From NCBI GenBank assembly GCA_048882505.1, contig JBHLRO010000002.1, forward strand, positions 300,001 through 332,000: a stretch of DNA of 32,000 bases. The letters are read 5' to 3'. This document shows positions 17,242 through 27,128 of the stretch, piece after piece. The stretch comes from Candidatus Thorarchaeota archaeon. Lineage in GTDB: Archaea > Asgardarchaeota > Heimdallarchaeia > Hodarchaeales > Hodarchaeaceae. Position numbers and translations under genes: made by a program. Under the pieces are notes generated by a model. The model made no database searches. It was not told the origin of the DNA and saw only the letters and a program-made list of their open reading frames with translations. Numbering within the stretch: the stretch's first letter is position 1; every line of letters starts with the position of its first letter.

Positions 17242-17805
17242 CTATAAACGGTCAAAAATGTACAGCCCCGCAAAGATGATCCCAGCTCTCCGGAGTAAAT
17301 TACGGCCATAAATAGGATAATCTAAGGTAAGATGAAAGGCCTTAAATGCATCTCCTTTGAAGTAAAGGATTTCATGAGGAAAAAACTCGTAATAATGACC
17401 TTGTAACACAAGTTCGCCTAGATCTGAGCCAGCACCTCCCAACATACGTCGAACCCAATTTAGCGCGTTTCGCACCAAGGGCCGTGAGGTTGAAGGAACT
17501 ATAATTATCGCCCGATGCTTTACAACTCGTAGCATTTCTTTAATGACCGCTGAAAAATTCCTAATATGTTCAATTACATCAAATGAGACCACATATTTGA
17601 AAGAGCGACTATCAAAGGGAAGATGGGTTCCCGAGGCTTGTAGGACATTGTCGTAGTGTCCCGGACGGATATCAACTCCGATGACATCATATTTTGCCTT
17701 TAGACGCCAATAACAATATTGAAGTCCAGGTACGTTGACATTGCCGCAGCCCACATCCAATATCTGTCCGGATTCTTTGGAGATAAACCGTTCTACCAGG
17801 TTCAT
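17242..17805 (-). CDS. Class I SAM-dependent methyltransferase (Methyltransf_11-like)
   Basis: ILDVGCG motif I, IGVDI, HLPFDSRSFKYVVSFDVIEH, EMLRV. Confidence 0.92.
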   Translation of the reverse strand: MNLVERFISKESGQILDVGCGNVNVPGLQYCYWRLKAKYDVIGVDIRPGHYDNVLQASGTHLPFDSRSFKYVVSFDVIEHIRNFSAVIKEMLRVVKHRAIIIVPSTSRPLVRNALNWVRRMLGGAGSDLGELVLQGHYYEFFPHEILYFKGDAFKAFHLTLDYPIYGRNLLRRAGIIFAGLYIFDRL

Positions 17806-18083
17806 CTTATTAATACAGTATTGCCGGTAAATGTCAACTAAGGTTGTTCACCTCTTCGGAGGAAAAGGATATCAGAAGGATAACTAAAACGTATAGTAGT
17901 ATATATAGTGATGGCTAAGCAGGCGTTTTCTTGTTTCCTTACCTTATGAATTATTAGCTATATGGTCTCGTATGAGGTTTTTTTATGTTGTTTAATAAGG
18001 GAATCTCGAGTTGTATGTACTGAAGCTCAGCTTTTACCTACACCTGATTATTCCACTCTAATCTTGACATGAAGGGATAAACA

Positions 18084-19391
18084 CTGTCTTTACCGGACTG
18101 GTTCATACTCAAAACTCCTCCTGACCTCAGTCTTGACATGCTAGATTGGAAAAAGTTTGCGCTAGATCGAATCAGATTGCTTGAAGATCTTCCGAGAAAT
18201 CCCTCACGAGTGATCCACGACACTTTCCCCTACCATGATGTTGGGCTTCCAGAAATCTATAAGAACTACTTATTGGGCGCCTATTTACTTCGGTTGGTTG
18301 CTGCAACCAATAGAAGACTTGAAGCGTGGCTTATTGAAACAGAAGGAGATCTCTTCCAACAATTATACTTTGATCGTGTCGAGTCACGCGAAGAACGAAC
18401 TGAATTTTTCCAGGCAGTATTTGGTTCGGAAAATGTTATGCATTATGAAGACTTTAAGTCCACCATGGACGAATCTCAAAATCCCCACCTCACCCAATTA
18501 TACGAGGATATTCATTTTGGCCAGAAAGGAGGCTCGCGTAGAGATTTCATCATCTGTGTGCATTTTACTCAAGTCCCCTGGATGGTAGCCAATAGGCGAG
18601 GTTATCTGCGTAAAGGGTGGGTAATATCCAGTGAAACCGATTTTAGGGGGAGCCTCAAGAAGGCCTTTGAACAAAAACTTGAACACGAAATCGAGAAGGC
18701 TCAAAATCTACTGGGTCTTCGTGAGGATATTGACCAAACTGTTCAAGAAATTGAACAACATTTAGCTCAACACGTTCAAATTCGATCCCAATTTGGAGAA
18801 ATTGACCTTGAAGGGTACGATATACACACAAATCCCGAGCTCTTCCCCCCCTGCATGGCATACCTTTCTATGGAGCTTGAACGCTCAGGTAGACTAACCC
18901 ATGTTCATCGTCTTCAATTGGGATTTTTTTTGAAGAAAACGGGAATGTCTGTGGACGAACAGCTCCAATATTGGTATGAAAAGTCAGTAGACAACGTTGG
19001 CGTGAGTTTTTCTACATTCCAACGACAGGCTGGTTACCAAATAAGGCATTTGTATGGTCTTGAGGGAGGGCGTACTGATTATCATGTTCCAAAATGCTCC
19101 ACAATAGCTACAAGCTATTTCTGTCCGTTTGTTCATCTCGCACCTGATCTTTTGACAAAATACTTAAAGGCTAATGCACTGAATCGTAGTAATACCCGGC
19201 CGACTCCAGATAACCAGATTACTCGAATTGTAGGAAGGAGTGCGAGCGATCCTACTCTAGCTTGCACTTGGTTCTTTCGTATTATTTATGGTCGGTCTGC
19301 TCCTCGTAAGATTGTCCATCCATTACAGTGGACTTTGGCCGCATCTGAACTAAAATCGGGATCTAGTGACGAGACACGTGAGGTACAATGA
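18084..19391 (+). CDS. priL: DNA primase large subunit, eukaryote (p58/Pri2)-like; true start probably upstream of ATG 18138
   Basis: FPPCM, HVHRLQLGFFLK, YQIRHLYGLEGGRTDY, PKC, FCPFVH, LAC and HPLQ match the human p58 Fe-S domain with 4 Cys. The frame is open from 18081, and its PP-x13-LDR motif aligns with p58. Confidence 0.95.
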   Translation: MSLPDWFILKTPPDLSLDMLDWKKFALDRIRLLEDLPRNPSRVIHDTFPYHDVGLPEIYKNYLLGAYLLRLVAATNRRLEAWLIETEGDLFQQLYFDRVESREERTEFFQAVFGSENVMHYEDFKSTMDESQNPHLTQLYEDIHFGQKGGSRRDFIICVHFTQVPWMVANRRGYLRKGWVISSETDFRGSLKKAFEQKLEHEIEKAQNLLGLREDIDQTVQEIEQHLAQHVQIRSQFGEIDLEGYDIHTNPELFPPCMAYLSMELERSGRLTHVHRLQLGFFLKKTGMSVDEQLQYWYEKSVDNVGVSFSTFQRQAGYQIRHLYGLEGGRTDYHVPKCSTIATSYFCPFVHLAPDLLTKYLKANALNRSNTRPTPDNQITRIVGRSASDPTLACTWFFRIIYGRSAPRKIVHPLQWTLAASELKSGSSDETREVQ

Positions 19392-20368
19392 CCCTTTACC
19401 AAAAACGACAGCTGATCCGGGATTACTACGCGACGTATTTTGACCTCCAAGACTTGTCCAATATTATTGATCTCACTAATTTCTCATGTCGGGAGTTTGG
19501 ATTTATCAGTCTACACGGAAAATTCTTTAGGAACCTCTCGTTTGACACACCTCATGAGCTTGTCGATTTCTTGGTTGACCGAACCCCAACGGACGTATAT
19601 GTTGGCGCCGTTTTTGACACTCCCCCAACACGGGAGACACCAATTCATACTCTCGAATGGAGGGGTCATGAGTTAGTATTTGATCTTGATCTCACAGATT
19701 ATGATGCGGTTCGGAAGTTCATCTGTTCTTGTCAAGGAGCAGAACAGGTTTGTCACAATTGTTGGCAATTGATAACCCTTGCAATAGAAATCATCGATGA
19801 AACCCTAAGTATGGATTTTGGGCTAGAAAGCATAACATGGGTGTTTTCAGGACGTAGGGGAGTACATGGGTGGATAAAAGACAATATTGGGTTTAATCTT
19901 GATCAGGAACAGCGTAAGGCGATTGTTGACTATATGTCAATTGTACATGGTGAAGGAGAGACTGCTCGTGTTCATGATCGGACAAAACTCAGGTATGATT
20001 TTCGTAAACGTATTGAACAAACTGTTTTCAGGTATTTTCTCAGAAATATCAAGCGGAAAGACTTAATCGAGCTAGGATTCAGTTCAAATTCGGCATCTGA
20101 TGTAATTCGACAATTAAAACATCAGGACGGGATAATCGATGAAAATTTCACGCGAAGATTCAATCTGAATCTCGCTAAGATAAATAAATATGATGAAATC
20201 CTTCGACGTTGGGCCCCGCGAATCGACCACAAGGTAACCATCGATCTCCGTCGGTTGCTTCGACTTCCAACATCTATTCATGGCAAAACGGGCCATGTGG
20301 CTCGTATTCTGCTAACAAAAGATATTCTTTCATTTGACCCCGAGTCTGAAGAATCGATATTTTTATGA
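19388..20368 (+). CDS. priS: DNA primase small (catalytic) subunit, eukaryote (p48/Pri1)-like
   Basis: REFGF, ELVFDLDLTDYD catalytic DxD, Zn knuckle CSC-x5-CHNC, FSGRRGVH, PRIDHKVT...LLRLPTSIHGKTG; ATGA overlap with priL. Confidence 0.97.
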   Translation: MTLYQKRQLIRDYYATYFDLQDLSNIIDLTNFSCREFGFISLHGKFFRNLSFDTPHELVDFLVDRTPTDVYVGAVFDTPPTRETPIHTLEWRGHELVFDLDLTDYDAVRKFICSCQGAEQVCHNCWQLITLAIEIIDETLSMDFGLESITWVFSGRRGVHGWIKDNIGFNLDQEQRKAIVDYMSIVHGEGETARVHDRTKLRYDFRKRIEQTVFRYFLRNIKRKDLIELGFSSNSASDVIRQLKHQDGIIDENFTRRFNLNLAKINKYDEILRRWAPRIDHKVTIDLRRLLRLPTSIHGKTGHVARILLTKDILSFDPESEESIFL

Positions 20369-20590
20369 CGATCAACGACATTTCTTAAAAGCTTAAGCCA
20401 TTAAATTTTCTATTTCAGAAAGAGGGTGGATTTTACATGGGAAAAATCCTTAGAATCCATAATCATGACGTCTTTCCATTCCCTCCTGAAATTACTTCTT
20501 AAATACGTATGTTCAAATAACCATAGAGCTTTGAATATCGTGCCTATTTGGATTCCAGATCCCGAGTGAAAATTGGGTGAGAATCTCGCG

Positions 20591-21439
20591 ATGACAGCCT
20601 TCCAATTACAGAGGTCAGCAAAAGAGGGCAAAATTGAGTACAATACTAGAGTCGTGAACGGACATGAGTTCATAAGGATAATAGGGGGTAGACGCCCATT
20701 TGCCAGGCTAGTGATTATGTTAAGGAAGCGTATCTGGATATTTGCACTGCTTGTCTGCATTATTATCCTTAATGATATTTATCCAGATTCGTCAATCCTA
20801 ATTCCTATCAATAGCAATCTTATAAATTTCCTAGTTGAACCAATCTGGCTTTTTTTTATTTTTCCATCCCTTTTAATTCCGATTGTGATAATAGTCACGG
20901 CATTTGTAGAACTTGTCAATCTATATTCATTCCGTGTCGAATCGTTAAACGGAATAAATCTAGGAGAAATCAGAGGGCAGATTCCCCTGTTCGGTAGAAT
21001 TAACTGGCAGATCCTGGAAAAGGTAAGTAATGATCAGGTAAGTGTAAAACTTCCAGGAGGTAAATTTATGGATGAATCTGGCATTCTTTTCAGTATTGGG
21101 AAGATAAGAACTCAGTTCGGACTCCTACGAGTTAAAACCCCTGTGGAGGCGTTTTCAATAAGAGGAAATAAGGAATATTCGCTTTCAAGAACATGCCAAA
21201 TCACAGATTCGGATAATAATCTTTGTTTCACATTAACCTGGACTAATCCTGATACCACTCTGGCAAACGAACACGAATATCACATTATTTCTCAAGATTT
21301 GTTGAGCCCGTTTCTGACTCTGACCATCTCAGTATGTCTGATTGAAAAACTTCTTACTACTGTTCAAAAATTCGAGCTCCATAGGGATACGCAAGAAATC
21401 GAATTCAAGCAATCTAGTTTTGCTTTTACTAGTAAGTGA
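20591..21439 (+). CDS. Hypothetical membrane protein (2 TM + beta-rich soluble domain)
   Basis: Two hydrophobic segments, then a beta-strand-rich region; GGTGA at 20576-20580 precedes ATG 20591 (track start TTG 20573). Confidence 0.65.
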   Translation: MTAFQLQRSAKEGKIEYNTRVVNGHEFIRIIGGRRPFARLVIMLRKRIWIFALLVCIIILNDIYPDSSILIPINSNLINFLVEPIWLFFIFPSLLIPIVIIVTAFVELVNLYSFRVESLNGINLGEIRGQIPLFGRINWQILEKVSNDQVSVKLPGGKFMDESGILFSIGKIRTQFGLLRVKTPVEAFSIRGNKEYSLSRTCQITDSDNNLCFTLTWTNPDTTLANEHEYHIISQDLLSPFLTLTISVCLIEKLLTTVQKFELHRDTQEIEFKQSSFAFTSK

Positions 21440-21586
21440 CAACAGTACCAAAATCATCTTTATTCCTAGCCAGATTTTATTCTTAGTAGAATTCAGGAAT
21501 GCCGTCTAAGCAATAACAAGATACAATAATATGTGCTTTTCAAATCCCCGGCAGATTTCTTCGCTATTTTAGATCATCGAATAAAT

Positions 21587-22255
21587 TTACTTCCCTTCCA
21601 GCCATACATTATCGTTTATTGTCAGCAACTTCCATTCTGGATCCTTGCACGCGTTATTGATTCGTTCTATCACATTTATTTTACAGTTTTCAAACCAACC
21701 AAAAGAAAATCCCTCCAATAATCCTAAAATGGAGCTCAAGATATGATAGATGGGGCCACCATGAGTCACAACCAAGATGGTGGCCGATAAAGGCGGTAAT
21801 TCCTCCACCCTAATCATAAACTCCTTCAAACGATGCACTAGCATATTTACACTTTCTCCACCAGGAAATCGTTTTGATCGCTCCTTCCAAATCGTATCAA
21901 GGTATGTCTGCTCGTCAGCATTAAGGTTATCCATGTTTCTCCCTGAATAAGACCCTAAATCCATTTCCCTCAGCAATGGGGTGTAAATAACTGGGCAAGT
22001 TACAGCTTCCATTTGCGTGACAATTATTCGAGTTGTTTCAGCAGCTCTAATAAGATCAGATGAATATATCTGGTCAAAATCGTAACCATTTAATCTTAAT
22101 CGTTTTGCCAAATTCACAGCCTGCGTTTTTCCCAGTGATGACAACGGAGAATCATTCTGTCCTTGGTATATCCGCTGGGCATTGGCTTCGCTCTGTCCGT
22201 GCCGAACCAGAAGTATTCGTAACCGATCCCTATCTTGGCTGGAGTGCAAGTTCAA
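21587..22255 (-). CDS. Histidine phosphatase (phosphoglycerate mutase family)
   Basis: LVRHGQSEAN, LSSLGKTQA, YSSDLIRAAET, LREMDLG, PGGES, VVTHGG. Confidence 0.95.
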   Translation of the reverse strand: MNLHSSQDRDRLRILLVRHGQSEANAQRIYQGQNDSPLSSLGKTQAVNLAKRLRLNGYDFDQIYSSDLIRAAETTRIIVTQMEAVTCPVIYTPLLREMDLGSYSGRNMDNLNADEQTYLDTIWKERSKRFPGGESVNMLVHRLKEFMIRVEELPPLSATILVVTHGGPIYHILSSILGLLEGFSFGWFENCKINVIERINNACKDPEWKLLTINDNVWLEGK

Positions 22256-22282
22256 TCTTTAACTTCACCACAGAGGGTTTAA

Positions 22283-22879
22283 ATGTTTGAATTTGATATC
22301 GAATGCTTAAGAATGGCGATTAGTAAGGACCAAGAGCTACATCATGGCCAGTTTTATCCCCCCAACGCTGAGAACACGATTTATTACTGTCGTGTCCATG
22401 ATACAAAAGGATTAATAAAAGATGTGGTCTTGTTTTCAATCATAACTGGCGTTTTCTCCATTCTATTATTTGGTTGGCTAACAATAGGTGTACTCCTTGC
22501 CACATGGATCTTTCTCCTGCTAGTTTTTCTTCCGAGACATTATAAAATGATCCAACTGGATAAACATGCGGCTCTCTACGGTGCAGGGTCTTTTTCCTCT
22601 AGTATTTTCAAAAGAAACTTGTATCAACTGACCAAGATACGGTACAGGGATCTAAAATCGATCAAATTTGACCAGTGGGAAAGAAGATTTCGTGGTAGGG
22701 AATATGACCGAATTGGACGTATACAGATAAAAAGCCGGCTTCAATCTGCACCATTCCATATATTGGTACCTCACAAAGATCTTGGTCAGTTGATAAAGAT
22801 ATTCCAAAAGTACCGTTTCGCTGCTAAGTTTGAAAGAAAGATATCTCCACGGGAATTAATGATTTTATTCTCTTCTTGA
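22283..22879 (+). CDS. Hypothetical membrane protein (2 TM + basic cytoplasmic domain)
   Basis: Two adjacent hydrophobic helices (VLFSIITGVFSILLFGW / LLATWIFLLLVFL), then a PH-like beta/alpha pattern; likely co-transcribed with 22902. Confidence 0.7.
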   Translation: MFEFDIECLRMAISKDQELHHGQFYPPNAENTIYYCRVHDTKGLIKDVVLFSIITGVFSILLFGWLTIGVLLATWIFLLLVFLPRHYKMIQLDKHAALYGAGSFSSSIFKRNLYQLTKIRYRDLKSIKFDQWERRFRGREYDRIGRIQIKSRLQSAPFHILVPHKDLGQLIKIFQKYRFAAKFERKISPRELMILFSS

Positions 22880-22901
22880 ATCCTTTACGCTGATAAAACA
22901 G

Positions 22902-24041
22902 GTGGCTTCTTTGTTTCAATTCCTCACACTGATAACGAGACTAAATAGGACGATGTCCGTAGTTTTGAGCTGCCTTGTGGGATTATCAATCATCATTCCT
23001 TCTGCTCTTTTTTTACCACACAAAGCAATTCTGAATTCGGATGGTGTTTCTTCAATATTACCATCCCATATTTATAGACCTACTGGGTCAATTGCTGCTC
23101 TCCTGGCGCTTGACGACAGCCTCTTAGGTTCAGGTAGTTTTTCGAATCGTTCAACGGTTCAACGGTTATTCAAAGCTTGGTTGGTTCCATTCGAAAAAAA
23201 ATTCGGGATTGACATTCATATTGCAAAAATATGGTTATTCACACCTGATGAGAACGCCTCCCTTTATGATACAATGTCTGCTGTCCAAATTGATCTCCCT
23301 TGGCTTCCAACTCTAACGATAAATAGCACAGATCTGGAGAAAAATGGATACGATATTCTTATGATCTATCAGAAAGAATACAACGGAGGCAGAAATCATG
23401 TTAATGCTATCTTAGGAAATTCATTCATCATTGCTCACAATCAACCAGGCTCGTGGACCACACCTCAATTGATACTACTTCACGAATTGGCGCACCTCTT
23501 CGGGGGAGAACATCTGGAAGGAGGAGAGGTTCCCAGATCGTGGTATGGACGTGCCGCATACTCCATCTTAGATTATGAGGATTTGACATGGATGCGTCTA
23601 TGGGGCTTTAATAAAAGTGATCTACCCGTTGATGACCACAACCTGGATATTATGCTTTGGATAGATCGTCGTAACTATGGTTTTCCGAATTTTATGTACC
23701 GTTTTGATCATAATGATCCTGATCAGGATAATTTTCCCAATTGGTTTGAATATCAGTTTTCACTAAATGCCACGGATTCGGAATCTCCATATAAAGATCC
23801 TGACGAGGATGGCCTTTCTTCGGGACTTGAATGGGAGATTGGCACCTTTCCTAATCAATATGATTCAGATAATGATTCCTATGGTGATAAAGTTGAAGTA
23901 GATATGGATAGTGATCCCTTGGATCCAAACTCTATCCCTCAAATGCACAGATCTACATTTACCCCAGTCTTACAAGGCTTTTATCCAGTTTTAGGATTAA
24001 TGATCTTAATTATCATTTCATATCGAAAACAAACACAATAG
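22902..24041 (+). CDS. Exported zinc metalloprotease (metzincin-like) with Ca-binding TSP3-like repeats and C-terminal TM anchor
   Basis: HELAHLFGGEH (HExxHxxGxxH); acidic repeats DPDQDNFPNWFE, DPDEDGLSSGLE, DSDNDSYGDKVE, DPLDPNS; hydrophobic N- and C-termini. Confidence 0.85.
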   Translation: MASLFQFLTLITRLNRTMSVVLSCLVGLSIIIPSALFLPHKAILNSDGVSSILPSHIYRPTGSIAALLALDDSLLGSGSFSNRSTVQRLFKAWLVPFEKKFGIDIHIAKIWLFTPDENASLYDTMSAVQIDLPWLPTLTINSTDLEKNGYDILMIYQKEYNGGRNHVNAILGNSFIIAHNQPGSWTTPQLILLHELAHLFGGEHLEGGEVPRSWYGRAAYSILDYEDLTWMRLWGFNKSDLPVDDHNLDIMLWIDRRNYGFPNFMYRFDHNDPDQDNFPNWFEYQFSLNATDSESPYKDPDEDGLSSGLEWEIGTFPNQYDSDNDSYGDKVEVDMDSDPLDPNSIPQMHRSTFTPVLQGFYPVLGLMILIIISYRKQTQ

Positions 24042-24046
24042 GGCCC

Positions 24047-24053
24047 TTTTTTT
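24047..24053 (+). terminator. Oligo-T terminator candidate
   Basis: T7 run 5 nt after the protease stop codon, preceded by GGGCCC. Confidence 0.4.
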
Positions 24054-24111
24054 CCTAGATCGCCTAGTATGCATGGAAACGTCTGAATACAAATTTATAC
24101 CTGGAGCTTCG

Positions 24112-25722
24112 TTATTGATTGGGTTCTTTCATATGTAATAATGGAACCCTAAAGATTCCTAATCTATGACGCGTTCCTGAATGGATTTCGATTTCCTCAA
24201 CCAACATCATGCCACTCTCGTACACAGTGACAACTACAAACGTATTTAATCGTCGTGACCTGATTTTTCTACTGGAGAATGTTCCAGAATTAACAAATAC
24301 GGTGTTTTCCACCTGTAATGTGGTCGCATAATGTTCGAACCCTGAAAGAACGAGAGGTACCTGGTTTCCTGTGAGAAAACTAATAACGTCGCCTGCATCC
24401 TGGACACTCCGCTTGAATTTCGCTCGTGGGACGGGTAGCGTTGAGTGATGCATGACCACAACGAAGAATTTGTATGAGCCATATTGATGAAAATCTCGCT
24501 GGATCATTTTAAGTCGACTACGTCCCACATGTCCCGAATCATCAGCACCTGTGTTGATGCCAACCACTCGTACAGTAGGATCTTCGAAGATCGGATCAAG
24601 CGGGCCAACCTGTTCGATAAACATCTCGCGGCCGAATGGTTGGAGATCACGTTTCCCAGGTACAATTAGATACGGTATTTTACTCTCACGAAGTTCGCGT
24701 AATCTCATTTTAGCAAGAGCAAAATCCTCAGGATACGAATCGTTGGTTAAATCCCCACAATGGGCTAGTAGATTTGGCTTCTCTCTAACCATCATTTTAA
24801 TGCCTAAATCATAAACTTCGGGAAGAAAATCATTACCATTAGTAAAATGGGTGTCAGAAAATTGACAGATCTTTGTCAGTACCTTATCCTCGGGCAAAAG
24901 ATAAGGTGTGTAAGTCTTGATCTCACCGTTGGAAATACCTTGGGTAAATTGAACTGGTTGTAAGAATTCCGAATAGGCCTCGATACCCATAAACTTCAGC
25001 TTGATCCGATTTTCATTCATCTTCAGATGAACAAAAGTATGTCCTGCCTTTCCGCGCGTTTTAAAACTGCTAAAGGTACCAGAATTTACTAATAGAAGTC
25101 TTCTATCTCCATTTGAAAGAGAAAACACATTTGGATAATGACGGTGTGCGGTAACAATGATATCGACTCCTGCATCCCAAATAACTTCCCTTACATCGCC
25201 AGCATCTAGGACCATTGCCCGTTCCCTGCCTGTATTTGGAATGGGGAGGAAATGGTGATGAAAACATAATATCTTCACCATATCTTCAGGGTACTTTGCC
25301 AATTCACAAATGGCCTCGATGCCTCGATCTCCTATCATTCCTGTATTCGCATCAGGTTCTGAAGAGTCTATTCCCAAGATGATCATGTTTCCTCCATCCT
25401 CCCTTGTATCAATAAAGAACTGACGTTCCCCAAAGAAGTCTTTCCAGAGCTGATATCCAATATTTCGCATATCATGATTTCCAGGAATTGTGTAGAATCG
25501 TTCTATATTTGAAAAATTCGCATCTAGAACGTTTTTTGCGTATAAAAAATCCTCATACGTCCCAGAATCGGTAATATCACCTAGATGCAATAAAAAAGCA
25601 TTGGGCCGGGCATTAAGAATTTCTTTGACTAGCTTAACGCCCATTTTGAATACTTTTTCATGAAATAGACCTGTGTACTTTGATATATGGGAATCTGAAA
25701 AAAAAATTACCTCATCAGCCAA
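24112..25722 (-). CDS. Tandem calcineurin-like metallophosphoesterase (two domains)
   Basis: Domain 1: SDSH, GDITD, GNHD, HHH, AHRH. Domain 2: SDTH, GDLTN, GKRD, HHS, GFEH. TTG start. Confidence 0.9.
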   Translation of the reverse strand: MADEVIFFSDSHISKYTGLFHEKVFKMGVKLVKEILNARPNAFLLHLGDITDSGTYEDFLYAKNVLDANFSNIERFYTIPGNHDMRNIGYQLWKDFFGERQFFIDTREDGGNMIILGIDSSEPDANTGMIGDRGIEAICELAKYPEDMVKILCFHHHFLPIPNTGRERAMVLDAGDVREVIWDAGVDIIVTAHRHYPNVFSLSNGDRRLLLVNSGTFSSFKTRGKAGHTFVHLKMNENRIKLKFMGIEAYSEFLQPVQFTQGISNGEIKTYTPYLLPEDKVLTKICQFSDTHFTNGNDFLPEVYDLGIKMMVREKPNLLAHCGDLTNDSYPEDFALAKMRLRELRESKIPYLIVPGKRDLQPFGREMFIEQVGPLDPIFEDPTVRVVGINTGADDSGHVGRSRLKMIQRDFHQYGSYKFFVVVMHHSTLPVPRAKFKRSVQDAGDVISFLTGNQVPLVLSGFEHYATTLQVENTVFVNSGTFSSRKIRSRRLNTFVVVTVYESGMMLVEEIEIHSGTRHRLGIFRVPLLHMKEPNQ

Positions 25723-26090
25723 TTCAAAACATCCTGAATGTTATCGTATCGAACTATCAATATAAAATGTTTCTCAGAGTGCAAGATTTCAGTTATGCCA
25801 CGCTTTTACTAGGTTTTTAGTATGTTATAGATAGGTCAATAACGCTTGCATTTAGCCAGGGAAAAATTCGAAAGAAGTTTTCCGCCATTCAGGCGTTTTT
25901 TAAGGGCTAGTTTTTGGAATTACTTCTCTTCCGATCGCTTCAACCGTTTCTCACCTCTATAAGTCCAGTTTCACCGCAATTTGAATTGTTTTAAATATAG
26001 AAAAAGGGCAAATACAGTTGATACCTTATTTCTTAAATGTAGATGAAAGCAAGATCAAGTGGAACCCAGCGGTCAAGGACGATTTGAGAC

Positions 26091-27113
26091 GTGAAAGCTG
26101 TTGTATTAAAGCGACGGGGCACTGCTGATGTTCTCAGAGCGGTAAACATTCCACGGCCCGATACTCCCATCTTGGATGAAGTTTTAATCCATTTAAAGGC
26201 CGCTGGTGTCAATTATGCTGAAATATTGACAAGACGAGGAATATATGGCTGGGTGCCAGCGGAAAGCCAATTTGTTCTCGGCATGGAAGGAGCGGGCATT
26301 GTTGAAGCAATAGGCCCAGATGTCTCCGATTTCTCAATTGGAGATCCAGTGATAGTTGGTTACCAATACGGGTGTCAAGCTGAATGGACAAAGGTCTCAC
26401 AGAGGTACGTATTCCCAGCAATAGATGATTACAGTTTTGAGGAAAACGCCGCCTTTACGGTTTCATTTCTCACAGCCTTCGTGGCTTTAAGGGAGATGGC
26501 TAGGGTGAGGCCAAAAGAATCCTTGTTGATACATGCGGCCGCTGGAGGACTTGGAACTGCAGTAGTTCAACTCGGAAAGGTTTTGAATCTGGAGATTGCA
26601 GGTACAGCAAGCTCCTCAAAGAAGATTACTTTTCTAAAAAGTCGTATGGACATTGATTTAGCAAGCCGCTATGATTCCTTTCAAGAGGAGGTTATCCAAT
26701 GGAAACCAAATGGTGTGGACATCATTATCGAGTCCATTGGAGGAAAAATATTTCGTGAAAGCATCGTTTGCCTCGCACCGATGGGAAGGATAGTTGTCGT
26801 TGGATTAAGCAGCGTAAGCTTCAGTAAATACAAACCATGGACATGGTGGACAGCATATAGGACTCTTCCAAAAGTGAACATACTGAAGATGCTTGGAAAT
26901 TCACAGGGGGTCATGAGCTTCCATTTGGGTCAGCTATTGTTTAAACAGTATCCGAGAATAAAGATTTTATTTGACGAGCTGGTCGAACTTGTGAAAGAGA
27001 ACTCCCTTCGACCAGTGATTGACACGGTCTTTCCGTTAGAATCTATCAATGAAGCGCATAAACGTATTGAAAACCGCCAAAACATTGGAAAGGTTATTCT
27101 TTCAATCGACTAA
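26091..27113 (+). CDS. MDR-family NADPH:quinone oxidoreductase-like (VAT-1/QOR-like)
   Basis: AAGVNYAE, VLGMEGAG, HAAAGGLG nucleotide-binding motif, NIGKVIL C-terminus; no Zn-ligand Cys cluster. Confidence 0.92.
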   Translation: MKAVVLKRRGTADVLRAVNIPRPDTPILDEVLIHLKAAGVNYAEILTRRGIYGWVPAESQFVLGMEGAGIVEAIGPDVSDFSIGDPVIVGYQYGCQAEWTKVSQRYVFPAIDDYSFEENAAFTVSFLTAFVALREMARVRPKESLLIHAAAGGLGTAVVQLGKVLNLEIAGTASSSKKITFLKSRMDIDLASRYDSFQEEVIQWKPNGVDIIIESIGGKIFRESIVCLAPMGRIVVVGLSSVSFSKYKPWTWWTAYRTLPKVNILKMLGNSQGVMSFHLGQLLFKQYPRIKILFDELVELVKENSLRPVIDTVFPLESINEAHKRIENRQNIGKVILSID

Positions 27114-27128
27114 TGAGGAACCGCAATT

